A stretch of DNA of 64,000 bases from Brevibacterium luteolum (GTDB taxonomy: Bacteria; Actinomycetota; Actinomycetes; Actinomycetales; Brevibacteriaceae), in the NCBI RefSeq assembly GCF_013004595.1, contig NZ_JABEMC010000003.1:124001-188000 (forward strand), written 5' to 3'. Both the position numbers and the translations under genes were made by a program. The notes beneath the pieces are model-generated. The model did not search any database, was not told where the DNA came from, and saw only the letters and a list, made by a program, of their open reading frames with translations. Shown piece by piece: positions 8,301-18,493 of this stretch; within the stretch, counting starts at the first letter, position 1, and every line of letters starts with the position of its first letter.

Positions 8301-11300
8301 ATGACCGATCAGATCTATCCCAAGCAGAAGACCTCCGCTGCAGGCCTGACCGCATCGCCGTCGTTCCCTGCCATCGAAGACGACGTGCTGCGCTTCTGGA
8401 ACGCCGACAACACCTTCCAGGCGAGCATCGACCAGCGTGAGGCCGGTTCCGAGGGCCAGAACGAATTCGTCTTCTACGACGGCCCGCCGTTTGCCAACGG
8501 CCTGCCGCACTACGGCCACCTGCTCACCGGCTACGTCAAGGACGTCGTCCCGCGCTACCAGACGATGCGCGGCAAGCGCGTCGAACGCCGCTTCGGCTGG
8601 GACACCCACGGACTGCCCGCCGAACTCGAAGCCGAACGCCAGCTCGGCATCACCGACAAGTCCGAGATCGGCGACATGGGCATCGCCCGCTTCAACGAAG
8701 TGTGCCGCTCCTCGGTGCTGACGTACACGAAGGAGTGGGAGGAGTACGTCACCCGTCAGGGCCGCTGGGTAGACTTCGACAACGACTACAAGACGCTGAA
8801 CGTCGAGTACATGGAATCGGTCATCTGGGCGTTCAAGCAGCTGTGGGACAAGGGCTACGTCTACGAGGGCTACCGCGTCCTGCCGTACTGTTGGAAGGAC
8901 CAGACGCCGCTGTCGAACCACGAGCTGCGCATGGACGAGGAAGTCTACAAGTCCCGCCAGGACCCCGCGGTGACGATCGGTTACAAACTCGCCGACTCCG
9001 ATGAGTACGTCGTCATCTGGACCACCACCCCGTGGACCGTGCCGAGCAACCAGGCGGTGGCCGTCCACCCGGACGTCCAGTATGTCGCGGTGCGTCCCGG
9101 GCCCGAGGCGCCGGCTGAGCACCTGCGCGGCATCACCCTCATCATGGCCAAGGACCGGGTGGCCGCCTACGCGCGCGAGCTCGGCGAGGACCCCGAGGTG
9201 GTGCGCGAGATGACCGGCACCGATCTGCTCGGCCTGCGCTACGAACCGCCCTTCGGGTACTTCGAGGGCCGGCAGGAGGAGTTCGGCGAGGCGATGCACT
9301 CGATCCTCGCCGCCGACTTCGTCACCACCGATGACGGCACCGGCATCGTCCACCAGTCACCGGCCTTCGGTGAGGAGGACAAGGTGCTCACCGATGCCGC
9401 CGGGATCCACGCCGTTCGTCCCGTCGACGACGCCGGCTGCTTCGAAGCCCCGGTCACCGACTACGCCGGCCAGCAGGTCTTCGAGGCGAACAAGGCGATC
9501 ATCCGCGACCTGCGCGACCACACCGGCCCGCTGGCCGGACGTTCGGCGCTGCTTGTGCGGCATGAGACCTACGAGCACTCCTACCCACACTGCTGGCGCT
9601 GCCGCACCCCGCTCATCTACCGGGCGGTGTCCTCGTGGTTCGTCAAGGTCACCGACTTCAAGGACCGGATGGTCGAGCTCAATGAGCAGATCAACTGGGT
9701 GCCGGAGAACGTCAAGCACGGCCAGTTCGGCAAGTGGCTGGAGAACGCCCGCGACTGGTCGATCTCTCGCAACCGGTTCTGGGGGTCGCCGATCCCGGTG
9801 TGGGTCTCGGACAACCCCGAATACCCGCGCACCGACGTCTACGGGTCGCTGGCCGAACTCGAAGCCGACTTCGGCCGGCTGCCGCTCAACGACAAGGGCG
9901 AACCGGACCTGCACCGGCCATGGATCGACGACCTCACCCGCCCGAATCCGGATGATCCGACCGGCCAGTCGACGATGCGCCGCGTGCCCGATGTCCTCGA
10001 TGTGTGGTTCGACTCCGGTTCGATGAGCTATGCCCAGGTCCACTACCCGTTCGAGAACGCCGACTGGTTCGAACACCACTTCCCAGGCGACTTCATCGTC
10101 GAGTACATCGGCCAGACCCGCGGCTGGTTCTACACCCTCCACATCCTTGCCACCGCAGTGTTCGACCGCCCGGCCTTCCGCAACTGCATCAGCCACGGCA
10201 TCGTGCTCGGCTCCGATGGGCAGAAGATGTCCAAAAGCCTGCGCAACTACCCGGACGTCAACGAGGTCTTCGACCGCGACGGCTCCGATGCGATGCGCTG
10301 GTTCCTGATGTCGAGCCCGATCCTGCGCGGCGGCAACCTCGTCGTCACCGAGCAGGGGATCCGCGACGGCGTGCGCCAGGTGATCCTGCCGCTGTGGAAT
10401 GCTTGGCACTTCTTCGCCACCTACTCCAACAACGCCGACGGAGATGCCGGCACCCGCGGCTATGCCGCGCAGCCGCGTCACGAGTCCACCCGCGTGCTCG
10501 ACCGCTACCTCATCGCCAAGACCCACGACCTCATCGTCGACTTCCAGCAGGCGATGGACGACTACGACGTGTGGGCGGCCTGCGAACTGGTCCGCGAGCA
10601 CCTCGACATGTTCACCAACTGGTACATCCGCCGCTCGCGGCGGCGCTTCTGGGAGGGCACCGCCGAAGTGCGGGAGTCCTTCGACGTCTTCTACACCTGC
10701 TTCGAGGCGTTCCTGCGTGTGGCGGCCCCGCTGCTGCCCTTCACCGCAGAGGAGATCTTCCGCGGGCTCACCGGTGAGCGCTCCGTCCATCTGGCTGACT
10801 ACCCCGACGCTGAGGCTTTCACCGCCGATGCCGATCTCGTCACCGCGATGGATCGCACCCGTCAGGTCTGCTCGACCGGCTCCTCGCTGCGCAAGGCCAA
10901 CAACCTGCGCGTGCGCCTGCCGCTGGCCTCCCTGACGGTGGCCACCGATGAGGAGCTCGGCGCCGACTTCCGGTCGATCATTGCCGATGAGCTCAACGTC
11001 CGGGACGTCACCGTCATGGGCGTCGACCAGGCCGCTGCCGCCGGCTTCACCCTCGAACAGAAGCTCACCGTCAACGCCCGCGTCGCCGGCCCGCGCCTGG
11101 GCAGGAACGTGCAGGCGGCGATCAAGGGCTCGAAGGCCGGCGACTGGTCAGTCGCCGATGATGGCACCGTCACTGCCGGCGGGATCGAGCTCGAGGAAGG
11201 CGAATACACCCTCGACGAAGTCGCCGACGCCGGGGCAACGAGCGCTGCCCTGGCAGCGATGGATCGCGGCTTCGTCGCCCTTGACATCGAGGTCACCGAC

Positions 11301-11570
11301 GAGCTGCGCGCCGAAGGCGTCGCTCGTGATGCGATCCGAGCGATCCAGAACGTGCGCAAGCAGCTCGACCTCGACGTCGCCGACCGGATCACGGTGCTGC
11401 TCTCGGCCCCCGAGCAGGTCCGTGCGGCCGTCGACTCCCACCGCGACATGGTTGCCGGTGAGGTGCTCGCCGTCGAATTCGGCACCACGAGCGAGCGGCT
11501 CAGCGGTGAGGAGGTCTTCACCGCCGGCGAACTCGCCTCCGATGCGGCCGTCCAGGTGAAGCGCGCATGA
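8301..11570 (+). CDS. ileS: Isoleucine--tRNA ligase (type 2 lineage typical of Actinobacteria)
   Basis: [54 protein letters not shown]. Confidence 0.98.
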   Translation: MTDQIYPKQKTSAAGLTASPSFPAIEDDVLRFWNADNTFQASIDQREAGSEGQNEFVFYDGPPFANGLPHYGHLLTGYVKDVVPRYQTMRGKRVERRFGWDTHGLPAELEAERQLGITDKSEIGDMGIARFNEVCRSSVLTYTKEWEEYVTRQGRWVDFDNDYKTLNVEYMESVIWAFKQLWDKGYVYEGYRVLPYCWKDQTPLSNHELRMDEEVYKSRQDPAVTIGYKLADSDEYVVIWTTTPWTVPSNQAVAVHPDVQYVAVRPGPEAPAEHLRGITLIMAKDRVAAYARELGEDPEVVREMTGTDLLGLRYEPPFGYFEGRQEEFGEAMHSILAADFVTTDDGTGIVHQSPAFGEEDKVLTDAAGIHAVRPVDDAGCFEAPVTDYAGQQVFEANKAIIRDLRDHTGPLAGRSALLVRHETYEHSYPHCWRCRTPLIYRAVSSWFVKVTDFKDRMVELNEQINWVPENVKHGQFGKWLENARDWSISRNRFWGSPIPVWVSDNPEYPRTDVYGSLAELEADFGRLPLNDKGEPDLHRPWIDDLTRPNPDDPTGQSTMRRVPDVLDVWFDSGSMSYAQVHYPFENADWFEHHFPGDFIVEYIGQTRGWFYTLHILATAVFDRPAFRNCISHGIVLGSDGQKMSKSLRNYPDVNEVFDRDGSDAMRWFLMSSPILRGGNLVVTEQGIRDGVRQVILPLWNAWHFFATYSNNADGDAGTRGYAAQPRHESTRVLDRYLIAKTHDLIVDFQQAMDDYDVWAACELVREHLDMFTNWYIRRSRRRFWEGTAEVRESFDVFYTCFEAFLRVAAPLLPFTAEEIFRGLTGERSVHLADYPDAEAFTADADLVTAMDRTRQVCSTGSSLRKANNLRVRLPLASLTVATDEELGADFRSIIADELNVRDVTVMGVDQAAAAGFTLEQKLTVNARVAGPRLGRNVQAAIKGSKAGDWSVADDGTVTAGGIELEEGEYTLDEVADAGATSAALAAMDRGFVALDIEVTDELRAEGVARDAIRAIQNVRKQLDLDVADRITVLLSAPEQVRAAVDSHRDMVAGEVLAVEFGTTSERLSGEEVFTAGELASDAAVQVKRA

Positions 11571-13138
11571 GCGAACACGACCCCGTCCACGGCACTGACG
11601 CTGCAGACATTGGGCCCGATGGCACCGAGGTGCCGCAGCTGCCGGATTTCGAGGACAGCCCGCTCGTCCCACTCGTCCCCGACGACCCGGACGCAGCCGA
11701 GGTCGATGCGCTCGTCGCCGCCTCCCAGGGCGACGATGAGCCCGAGGCCGCTGTGCCCGCTGAGGCACGCGGCACCTCGGCGCTGGCCCGCGTGTACTCC
11801 GCGCTGCTCTCCCGGCAGGGGGAGACACAGGTCGAGCGCCGACTCGATGCGACCGAACGAGCCTGCCGACTGCTCGGCGACGTGCACAAAAGCGCTCCGG
11901 TCGTCATGCTCACCGGCACCAACGGCAAGTCCTCGACGGCGCGGATGGTCGATGCGATCCTCTCAGCGGCCGGGCTGCGGGTCGGGCGCTTCACGAGCCC
12001 GCACCTGCACCGGGTCACCGAACGCATCGCCGTCGACGGTGAGGAGGTCAGCGAACGCGTCTTCGTCGATGCCTATGACGCTGCCGCTCCGATCCTGGAG
12101 ATGGTCGACGCGGAGCTCGTCGCCGCCGACCGTCCGAAGCTCACCTTCTTCGAAGCGCTGACGGTGCTCGCCTTTGCGATCTTCGCTGAGGCGCCCGTCG
12201 ACGTCATGGTCATCGAGGTCGGGATGGGCGGCGAATGGGACTCCACCAACGTCGCCGATGCCGCCGTGTGCGGTTTCGCGCCGATCGGCTATGACCACCA
12301 GGCCTACCTCGGTGACACGCTCGCCGAGATCGCCGCGACGAAGGCGGGAATCCTCAACCGCTCGATCGACCCGACTCCGTCCCCAGACCCGGTGGCAGTC
12401 ATCGCAGAGCAGACTGCGGAGGCCGCCGAGGCGCTGGCAGTCCAGACAGCTGCACGGGGTGCGCCTGCGCTGTGGGCGGGGCAGAACTTCGGGTTGCGCG
12501 GGCGCGAACGCGCCGTCGACGGCCAGCTCATCGACGTGCAGGGACTCTACTCCGGATACCCGGACCTGTTCCTGCCGCTGCACGGGGAGCACCAGGCGCA
12601 CAACGCCGCCTTGGCGATCGCCATGTGCGAGGCGTTCCTCGCCGATGCCGACAAGCCGCTGAACAGCGAGATCGTCGCCGAGGGAATGTCCCAGGTGACC
12701 TCGCCGGGACGCGCGGAGATCCTGCGCACCGAACCGACGATCCTCGTCGACGGGGCACACAATCCCGCCGCAGCCGAGGTGCTCGCTGACACGATCGACG
12801 AGGCGTTCGACTTCGAATTCGTCGTCGCTGTCGTCGCGATGTTCGCCGACAAGGACCCGCACGGAGTCCTCGAATACGTCCACCGGTTCGCCGACCGCAT
12901 CGTCGTCTCCGAAGCGCTCTCTCCGCGAGCCCTCGAACACGGCGAACTCGCAGCAGCTGCCGCTGAGTGGTTCGACCCGGAGGACGTCACCGACACCCCC
13001 GAACTCAACGCTGCTCTCATGGCCGCGATCGACCTGGTCAACAGCCAGGACAGCCGGCACGCCGGGATCGTCGTGACCGGTTCGATGCTGACCGTCGCCG
13101 AGGCCCGCACACTGCTGGGCAAGGGAGGCATCCAGTGA
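11567..13138 (+). CDS. folC: Folylpolyglutamate synthase/dihydrofolate synthase
   Basis: [49 protein letters not shown] overlap with ileS. Confidence 0.95.
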   Translation: MSEHDPVHGTDAADIGPDGTEVPQLPDFEDSPLVPLVPDDPDAAEVDALVAASQGDDEPEAAVPAEARGTSALARVYSALLSRQGETQVERRLDATERACRLLGDVHKSAPVVMLTGTNGKSSTARMVDAILSAAGLRVGRFTSPHLHRVTERIAVDGEEVSERVFVDAYDAAAPILEMVDAELVAADRPKLTFFEALTVLAFAIFAEAPVDVMVIEVGMGGEWDSTNVADAAVCGFAPIGYDHQAYLGDTLAEIAATKAGILNRSIDPTPSPDPVAVIAEQTAEAAEALAVQTAARGAPALWAGQNFGLRGRERAVDGQLIDVQGLYSGYPDLFLPLHGEHQAHNAALAIAMCEAFLADADKPLNSEIVAEGMSQVTSPGRAEILRTEPTILVDGAHNPAAAEVLADTIDEAFDFEFVVAVVAMFADKDPHGVLEYVHRFADRIVVSEALSPRALEHGELAAAAAEWFDPEDVTDTPELNAALMAAIDLVNSQDSRHAGIVVTGSMLTVAEARTLLGKGGIQ

Positions 13139-13575
13139 CCGCCGAGCATCCGAACGCCGCAGGACGGGACAACCCGGGACCCAAGCCCGACGGGCCGCTG
13201 AAGTCGAAGCTGCCGGTGCTGTGCGGTTCGATCCTCATCTCAGAGATCTGCGTCGTCTACTTCGCCGGTCTCACCGGCATCGGGCTGAAACCGGTCAGCC
13301 TGCCGCTGCTCATCGCCGGCGTCGCAGTCATCACCGTTGTGCTGCTGGCCGCAGCGATCCTGCTGCCCCGCCGGATCGGCCAGAAGCGCCCTGGCATCCT
13401 GCTCGGGTGGATCGGTCAGGTGCTCATCGTCGCGTGCGGATTCGTGCTGCCGGCAATGTTCTTCATCGGTCTCGTCTTCACCGCCCTCTACGCGGCCGCC
13501 GTGTACTGGGGCAAGCGCATCGACCGCGAGGTCGTCGAGTACTTCAGCACCGGCGGGGGAGAAGCCACCACCTGA
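13135..13575 (+). CDS. DUF4233-type membrane protein
   Basis: GTG overlaps the folC stop; 3-4 TM segments; usual folC-ndk position in Actinobacteria. Confidence 0.75.
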   Translation: MTAEHPNAAGRDNPGPKPDGPLKSKLPVLCGSILISEICVVYFAGLTGIGLKPVSLPLLIAGVAVITVVLLAAAILLPRRIGQKRPGILLGWIGQVLIVACGFVLPAMFFIGLVFTALYAAAVYWGKRIDREVVEYFSTGGGEATT

Positions 13576-13693
13576 TACCCGCGGTGTGAGCTGATTCTCA
13601 CCGGCCGGGTGCGCCCGGTGGTGATGCAATAGACTGGCACCGCATTGCCCTGCTCGGCGCACGGAACGTCGACTGATGACGAAGGAGAACCTG

Positions 13694-14113
13694 GTGACCG
13701 AACGCACGCTCGTGCTCGTCAAGCCAGATGGTGTGCAGCGCGGCCTCATCGGCCAGATCATCGCACGCATCGAAGCCAAGGGATACAGCATCGAGAAGCT
13801 CGAGCTCGTCCACGCAACCGCGGAGCAGCTCGCCGCCCACTACGAAGAACACGAGGGCAAGCCGTTCTACCAGCCTCTCGTGGACTTCATGTCCGAAGGA
13901 CCGCTCGTCGCACTCGTGGCCTCCGGCCACGGCGTCATCCCCGGATTCCGGTCACTGGCCGGAACCACCGACCCGACGACCGCTGCACCGGGCACCATCC
14001 GCGGCGACTTCGCCCGCGACTGGGGCGTCAACGTGCAGAAGAACCTCGTCCACGGTTCCGACTCCGAGGAATCAGCTGCACGCGAGATCGCCATCTGGTT
14101 CCCAGAGGACTGA
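13694..14113 (+). CDS. ndk: Nucleoside-diphosphate kinase
   Basis: ERTLVLVKPDGVQRGL, APGTIRGDF, NLVHGSDS. AAGGAG RBS favours GTG 13694. Confidence 0.97.
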   Translation: MTERTLVLVKPDGVQRGLIGQIIARIEAKGYSIEKLELVHATAEQLAAHYEEHEGKPFYQPLVDFMSEGPLVALVASGHGVIPGFRSLAGTTDPTTAAPGTIRGDFARDWGVNVQKNLVHGSDSEESAAREIAIWFPED

Positions 14114-14136
14114 GACAGACAGCTTCGCAGACAGAT

Positions 14137-14171
14137 TCGGGGTGGGACGCGCACAGCGCATCCCGCCCCGA
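14137..14171. terminator. Hairpin between convergent ndk and VKOR
   Basis: TCGGGGTGGGA...TCCCGCCCCGA imperfect stem. Confidence 0.55.
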
Positions 14172-14188
14172 CGTCGTTGCCGAGTGCT

Positions 14189-14860
14189 TCAGAGCAGCCC
14201 GGAGAAGAACGTCCAGAACTTCACGATGATGAGCCCGTAGACGATGCACATCCACAGCACGCCGATGAGCAGCGCATGCTGGGCGAACACACGGGCATAA
14301 GGACTGGCCGTCACGCCGGCGCCGAAGAAACCGCGCAGCGCCGCATACCCGGTCACGACGCAGAACATCGGAATCGTCACCGTCCACACCACGATGCACC
14401 ACGGGCAACCGACACCGATGGCGAAGATCGAGGTGTAGAAGAGGTACATGCACAGCAGCGCACCCGCCCCGAGACCGGCAGCCAGGCCCGTCCACAGCCA
14501 GCCGGGGAGTTCGACCCGGGCAAGGACGAGCACTCCAAACATGAGCGGCACGACGAAGGCCACGATGCCGAGGAACTGATTGGGAAATCCCAGCAGCTGT
14601 GCCTGCGGGTACTCCATGACCGACCCGCATGAGAAGAACGGGTTGAGATCGCACGACAGTGTGATGCCGGGATTCTCCAGCTTGCGCAGCTTGTCGATCG
14701 AGAGCAGGAACGACATCCACAGACCGATGACCGATCCGATGATGAGGAAGATCCCGAAGGGCAGCCGGCGCAGGAACCATGCATCGGCAGCCAGTCCGGC
14801 TGCAGGGGATGAAGCAGGGGAGGACGCCGCAGGACGTGTCTGGGCAGGAGGAGTATTCAC
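14189..14860 (-). CDS. Vitamin K epoxide reductase (VKOR) family disulfide-bond protein
   Basis: SCDLNPFFSCGSV, LLGFPN, CPWC redox motif, 5 TM. Start (GTG 14860) is uncertain. Confidence 0.92.
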   Translation of the reverse strand: MNTPPAQTRPAASSPASSPAAGLAADAWFLRRLPFGIFLIIGSVIGLWMSFLLSIDKLRKLENPGITLSCDLNPFFSCGSVMEYPQAQLLGFPNQFLGIVAFVVPLMFGVLVLARVELPGWLWTGLAAGLGAGALLCMYLFYTSIFAIGVGCPWCIVVWTVTIPMFCVVTGYAALRGFFGAGVTASPYARVFAQHALLIGVLWMCIVYGLIIVKFWTFFSGLL

Positions 14861-15225
14861 CCCAACAGCATGCCGTGTCGGTTCGGTCCGCGACAAGTGT
14901 GCCCGGATGCCGAGGCTGATCTGCCCACAGTTGAACCTGCGCCGCTGCAGGACGGCACACTGTGCCTGTGACATAATGATGATGGCGACAGGCTGAACAC
15001 ACCCGGCCAGTTGCCCGCTTCCACCGAGCGGAGGTCTGACTCCCGCAGGTCAAAGCTGAAGCGGCACATGCGTGCCACCGCGCTGACGCAATTCGCGCGA
15101 GCCCATGTGTACCCACAGTTTTTCTGCCCGCCGGCACGGCTGCGACGCCGCGAGACGGGCACCGCCATCGCCCATGGCGCAGCTGGAAGGTGTGCCGGCT
15201 GCGGTGGGCAAGGAGCTCTATACAG

Positions 15226-18225
15226 ATGAATCATGAACCCGAGGATCAGCAGAATCCGACAGAGGGCATTCTCGCCGATCTCGAAAACCTGCGTGCGCAG
15301 TCCGAAGCCAAGCGCACCGAAGACGACGCCAGCTCACGCGATGACGCACTCGCCGTCCTCGACGAAATAGCCGAAAAAGCCGAATCGCTGCGCGCCGGTC
15401 AGAGTGACGCAGCCGATGACGACGACAGCGCCGATGAATCCGATGCTGCCGAGGAGCAGACAGCACCTGCAGCCACTCGCCGCAAGGGCTCCGGGCTTCC
15501 AAAGTCAGCGCGTTCGGCTGTCGCCAACCGCGGCCTGATCTTCGAATCCTACGTCGGTGACTCCACCGAGGACGATGACGACGACTCCGACGACGATGAT
15601 GACGACACCCCAGCACAGCAGGCCGTCACCCTTGACGTGCGCAACCCGTTCTCGTTCGGGTTCAATGCCGCGCGGGAGGAAACGGATGACGAGCCGCTGC
15701 AGCCGGTGAGCGTTCCGGCCGGCGGTGGCCTGCTGTTCCAGACCCCGCAGGCAGAGCTCGGTCAGCAGGTCGATCCTGACTGGACCCCGGATGACGACGA
15801 CGATGATGATGACGACGACACGGATGACAGCGATCGTGATGACCGCTCTGACAGTGACGACGACAGCGATGACGACCAGCCGCGCCGCCGCCGGCGCGGA
15901 GGACGGGGCAAGCGCTCCCGCGGCCGAGGCGGTCAGAACGACGGCGACTCCGGTTCCGATAACGACAACCGCGGCAGCCGCCGCCAGCGCGGCGACGACA
16001 GCGACTCCAGCCAGGACGACCACAGCAAGTCCGACGACAGTACCGACTCCGGCAGCCGCGGCAGCCAGAATGACCGCGATGATCAGAAGCAGGACCGCAG
16101 CGACGATTCCGGTGACTCTGACGACGACTCGAGCAGCTCGCGCCGTCGTCGCCGTCGCCGCAGCCGGTCGGGCTCCGGCTCCGGCAGCGGCACCAGCGCC
16201 TCGGAAGTCACCGGCGTCAAGGGCTCAACCCGCCTGGAGGCCAAGCGCCAGCGCCGCCGTGAGGGCCGCGAAGCAGGTCGCCGCCGCCCGGTGATCTCCG
16301 AAGCGGAGTTCCTCGCACGCCGCGAATCCGTTGAGCGCACCATGCTCGTCCGCGACCGCGACGACCGCACCCAGCTCGTCGTCACCGAAGACGGCATCGC
16401 CGTCGAGCACTACCTCAGCGAGTCGAAGGCCCAGGCCTCGCTCATCGGCAACGTCTACCTCGGCAAGGTGCAGAACGTGCTCCCGAGCATGGAGGCTGCC
16501 TTCGTCGACATCGGCAAGGGCCGCAACGCCGTCCTCTACGCCGGTGAAGTCAACTGGGATGCCCTCGGTATGGACGGCAAGCCGCGCCGCATCGAGCTCG
16601 CGCTCAGTCCCGGCGATTCCGTGCTGGTGCAGGTGACCAAGGACCCGATCGGGCACAAGGGCGCGCGCCTGACTGCGCAGATCTCCCTGCCCGGCCGGTT
16701 CCTCGTCTACGTGCCCGGCAACGACATGACCGGCATCTCCCGCAAGCTGCCGGACAACGAGCGTCAGCGGCTGAAGAAGCTGCTCAAGCAGATGGTGCCC
16801 GAATCCGCCGGCGTCATCGTCCGCACCGCCGCCGAGGGCGCCTCGGAGACCGAGCTCGGCCGCGACATCGAGCGGCTGTCGAAGCGCTGGGAGTCGATCG
16901 AGAAGAAGTCGAAATCGACGAAGACGACTGCCCCGCAGCTGCTGTACAAGGAACCGGACATGATCGTCCGGATCATCCGCGATGTCTTCAACGAGGACTT
17001 CAGCGCCCTCGTCGTCGACGGCGACGAGTCCTGGGACACGATCCACGAATACGTCGAAGCCGTCGCCCCCGACCTGGTCGAGCGGCTGAGCCGCTACGAG
17101 GAGGACGGAGACATCTTCGACCACTATCGTGTGTCCGAGCAGATCGACAAGGCCCTGCAGCGCAAGGTCATGCTGCCCTCCGGTGGTTCGCTGGTCATCG
17201 ACCGCACCGAGGCGATGACCGTCATCGACGTCAACACCGGGAAGTTCACCGGCTCCGGCGGCAACCTCGAAGAGACGGTGACGAAGAACAACCTCGAAGC
17301 AGCAGAAGAGGTCATCCGCCAACTGCGGCTGCGCGACATCGGCGGCATCATCGTCGTCGACTTCATCGACATGGTCCTCGAATCCAACCGCGATCTCGTC
17401 GTCCGTCGGCTTGTCGAATGCCTCGGCCGCGACCGGACCCGCCACCAGGTCGCCGAGGTGACCTCCCTGGGCCTGGTGCAGATGACCCGCAAGCGCATCG
17501 GCACCGGGCTGGCCGAATCGCTGGCTGCCGCCGGTGAGGACCTCTCCGGGCGCGGCCTCGTTCTGCCGGGCACCGAGGACGACGGCTCCTCGCGCGGCCA
17601 GTACAAGTCGCGCAAGCGCCGCGGACAGGAAAACCGCCGTTCGAACAAGGACGCGCAGTCACGCGAGGAGGAAGAGAAGCAGTCTGCCTCACGCTCAGCT
17701 GTCGCTGCGATCGCCAAGGCAACGCTGAAGGCCGATGACGACGACAGAGCAGAGTCGACAGCAGCCGGCCAGGATTCCAGCTCCGCAGGCGACGAGGACA
17801 CTGGCTCACGGCGCAAGGGCCGCGGCAAGCGGGACGACGGTGCCTCCGGCGACACAGGCAGCGACGAGCAGGGCGGCAAGAGCTCACGGCGCAGCCGCTC
17901 CCGCCATTCGAAGAAGTCCGACGACACCGGCCAGCAGCAGGCCGACGGCGAGGCTCAGAGTCCCCAGCAGCCTGAAACGGAGTCAGAGCCGGCCCCGGCG
18001 CGTCGCGCTCCGCGCCAGCCCGCCGAGACCAGCGGCCCGGCACCGCTCATGATCGGTGCCGAGACCGAGACCCGGGTTCAGGAAGCACCGGCGCGCCCGG
18101 CTGCGCAGCCGGAGCGCACGGACAGCTCCGAGACCCGTCAGCCTGCCGCTGAGCAGCAGGAGAGCACGCAGTCGGAGAAGAAGGCCGAGGCGCCCCCGAT
18201 CCTCATCATCGGCGCCGACGACTGA
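15226..18225 (+). CDS. rne: Ribonuclease E/G with long N- and C-terminal disordered regions
   Basis: GNVYLGKVQNVLPSMEAAFVDIG, QVTKDPIGHKGARLT, TEAMTVIDVNTG, LRDIGGIIVVDFIDM. AGGAG RBS at 15211. Confidence 0.96.
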   Translation: MNHEPEDQQNPTEGILADLENLRAQSEAKRTEDDASSRDDALAVLDEIAEKAESLRAGQSDAADDDDSADESDAAEEQTAPAATRRKGSGLPKSARSAVANRGLIFESYVGDSTEDDDDDSDDDDDDTPAQQAVTLDVRNPFSFGFNAAREETDDEPLQPVSVPAGGGLLFQTPQAELGQQVDPDWTPDDDDDDDDDDTDDSDRDDRSDSDDDSDDDQPRRRRRGGRGKRSRGRGGQNDGDSGSDNDNRGSRRQRGDDSDSSQDDHSKSDDSTDSGSRGSQNDRDDQKQDRSDDSGDSDDDSSSSRRRRRRRSRSGSGSGSGTSASEVTGVKGSTRLEAKRQRRREGREAGRRRPVISEAEFLARRESVERTMLVRDRDDRTQLVVTEDGIAVEHYLSESKAQASLIGNVYLGKVQNVLPSMEAAFVDIGKGRNAVLYAGEVNWDALGMDGKPRRIELALSPGDSVLVQVTKDPIGHKGARLTAQISLPGRFLVYVPGNDMTGISRKLPDNERQRLKKLLKQMVPESAGVIVRTAAEGASETELGRDIERLSKRWESIEKKSKSTKTTAPQLLYKEPDMIVRIIRDVFNEDFSALVVDGDESWDTIHEYVEAVAPDLVERLSRYEEDGDIFDHYRVSEQIDKALQRKVMLPSGGSLVIDRTEAMTVIDVNTGKFTGSGGNLEETVTKNNLEAAEEVIRQLRLRDIGGIIVVDFIDMVLESNRDLVVRRLVECLGRDRTRHQVAEVTSLGLVQMTRKRIGTGLAESLAAAGEDLSGRGLVLPGTEDDGSSRGQYKSRKRRGQENRRSNKDAQSREEEEKQSASRSAVAAIAKATLKADDDDRAESTAAGQDSSSAGDEDTGSRRKGRGKRDDGASGDTGSDEQGGKSSRRSRSRHSKKSDDTGQQQADGEAQSPQQPETESEPAPARRAPRQPAETSGPAPLMIGAETETRVQEAPARPAAQPERTDSSETRQPAAEQQESTQSEKKAEAPPILIIGADD

Positions 18226-18493
18226 GCTCAGCGTCTCCGACGCATGCGCAGGGCCTGTTGCCGCATCACCGCGACAACAGGCCCTGCAGCGCTCTCACCA
18301 GGCGTTCCAGGGTGAGTCGGGCGTCGCAGGGGTGCGCAGACGCGAGATCAACAGGAGCTCACAACACAGATTTGCGCCATTTCAGCGGTTCGCCAACTGT
18401 CGGAGGTGAGGTAGATAACAGTTGGATAACTGAAAGCCGCATCGGCACTTCTGCAGTTGCGGTCAGCCTTGTTTTAGTGGAACTTATAGCTTC

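Noticed and set aside
15560..16160. GAC/GAT and CGC/CGT trinucleotide runs as a repeat element
   Set aside because: They simply encode the poly-Asp and poly-Arg tracts of RNase E.
18226..18493. Glycine riboswitch before the alanine/glycine symporter
   Set aside because: The conserved GGAGA...GAAG...CUCAGG aptamer pattern is not present.
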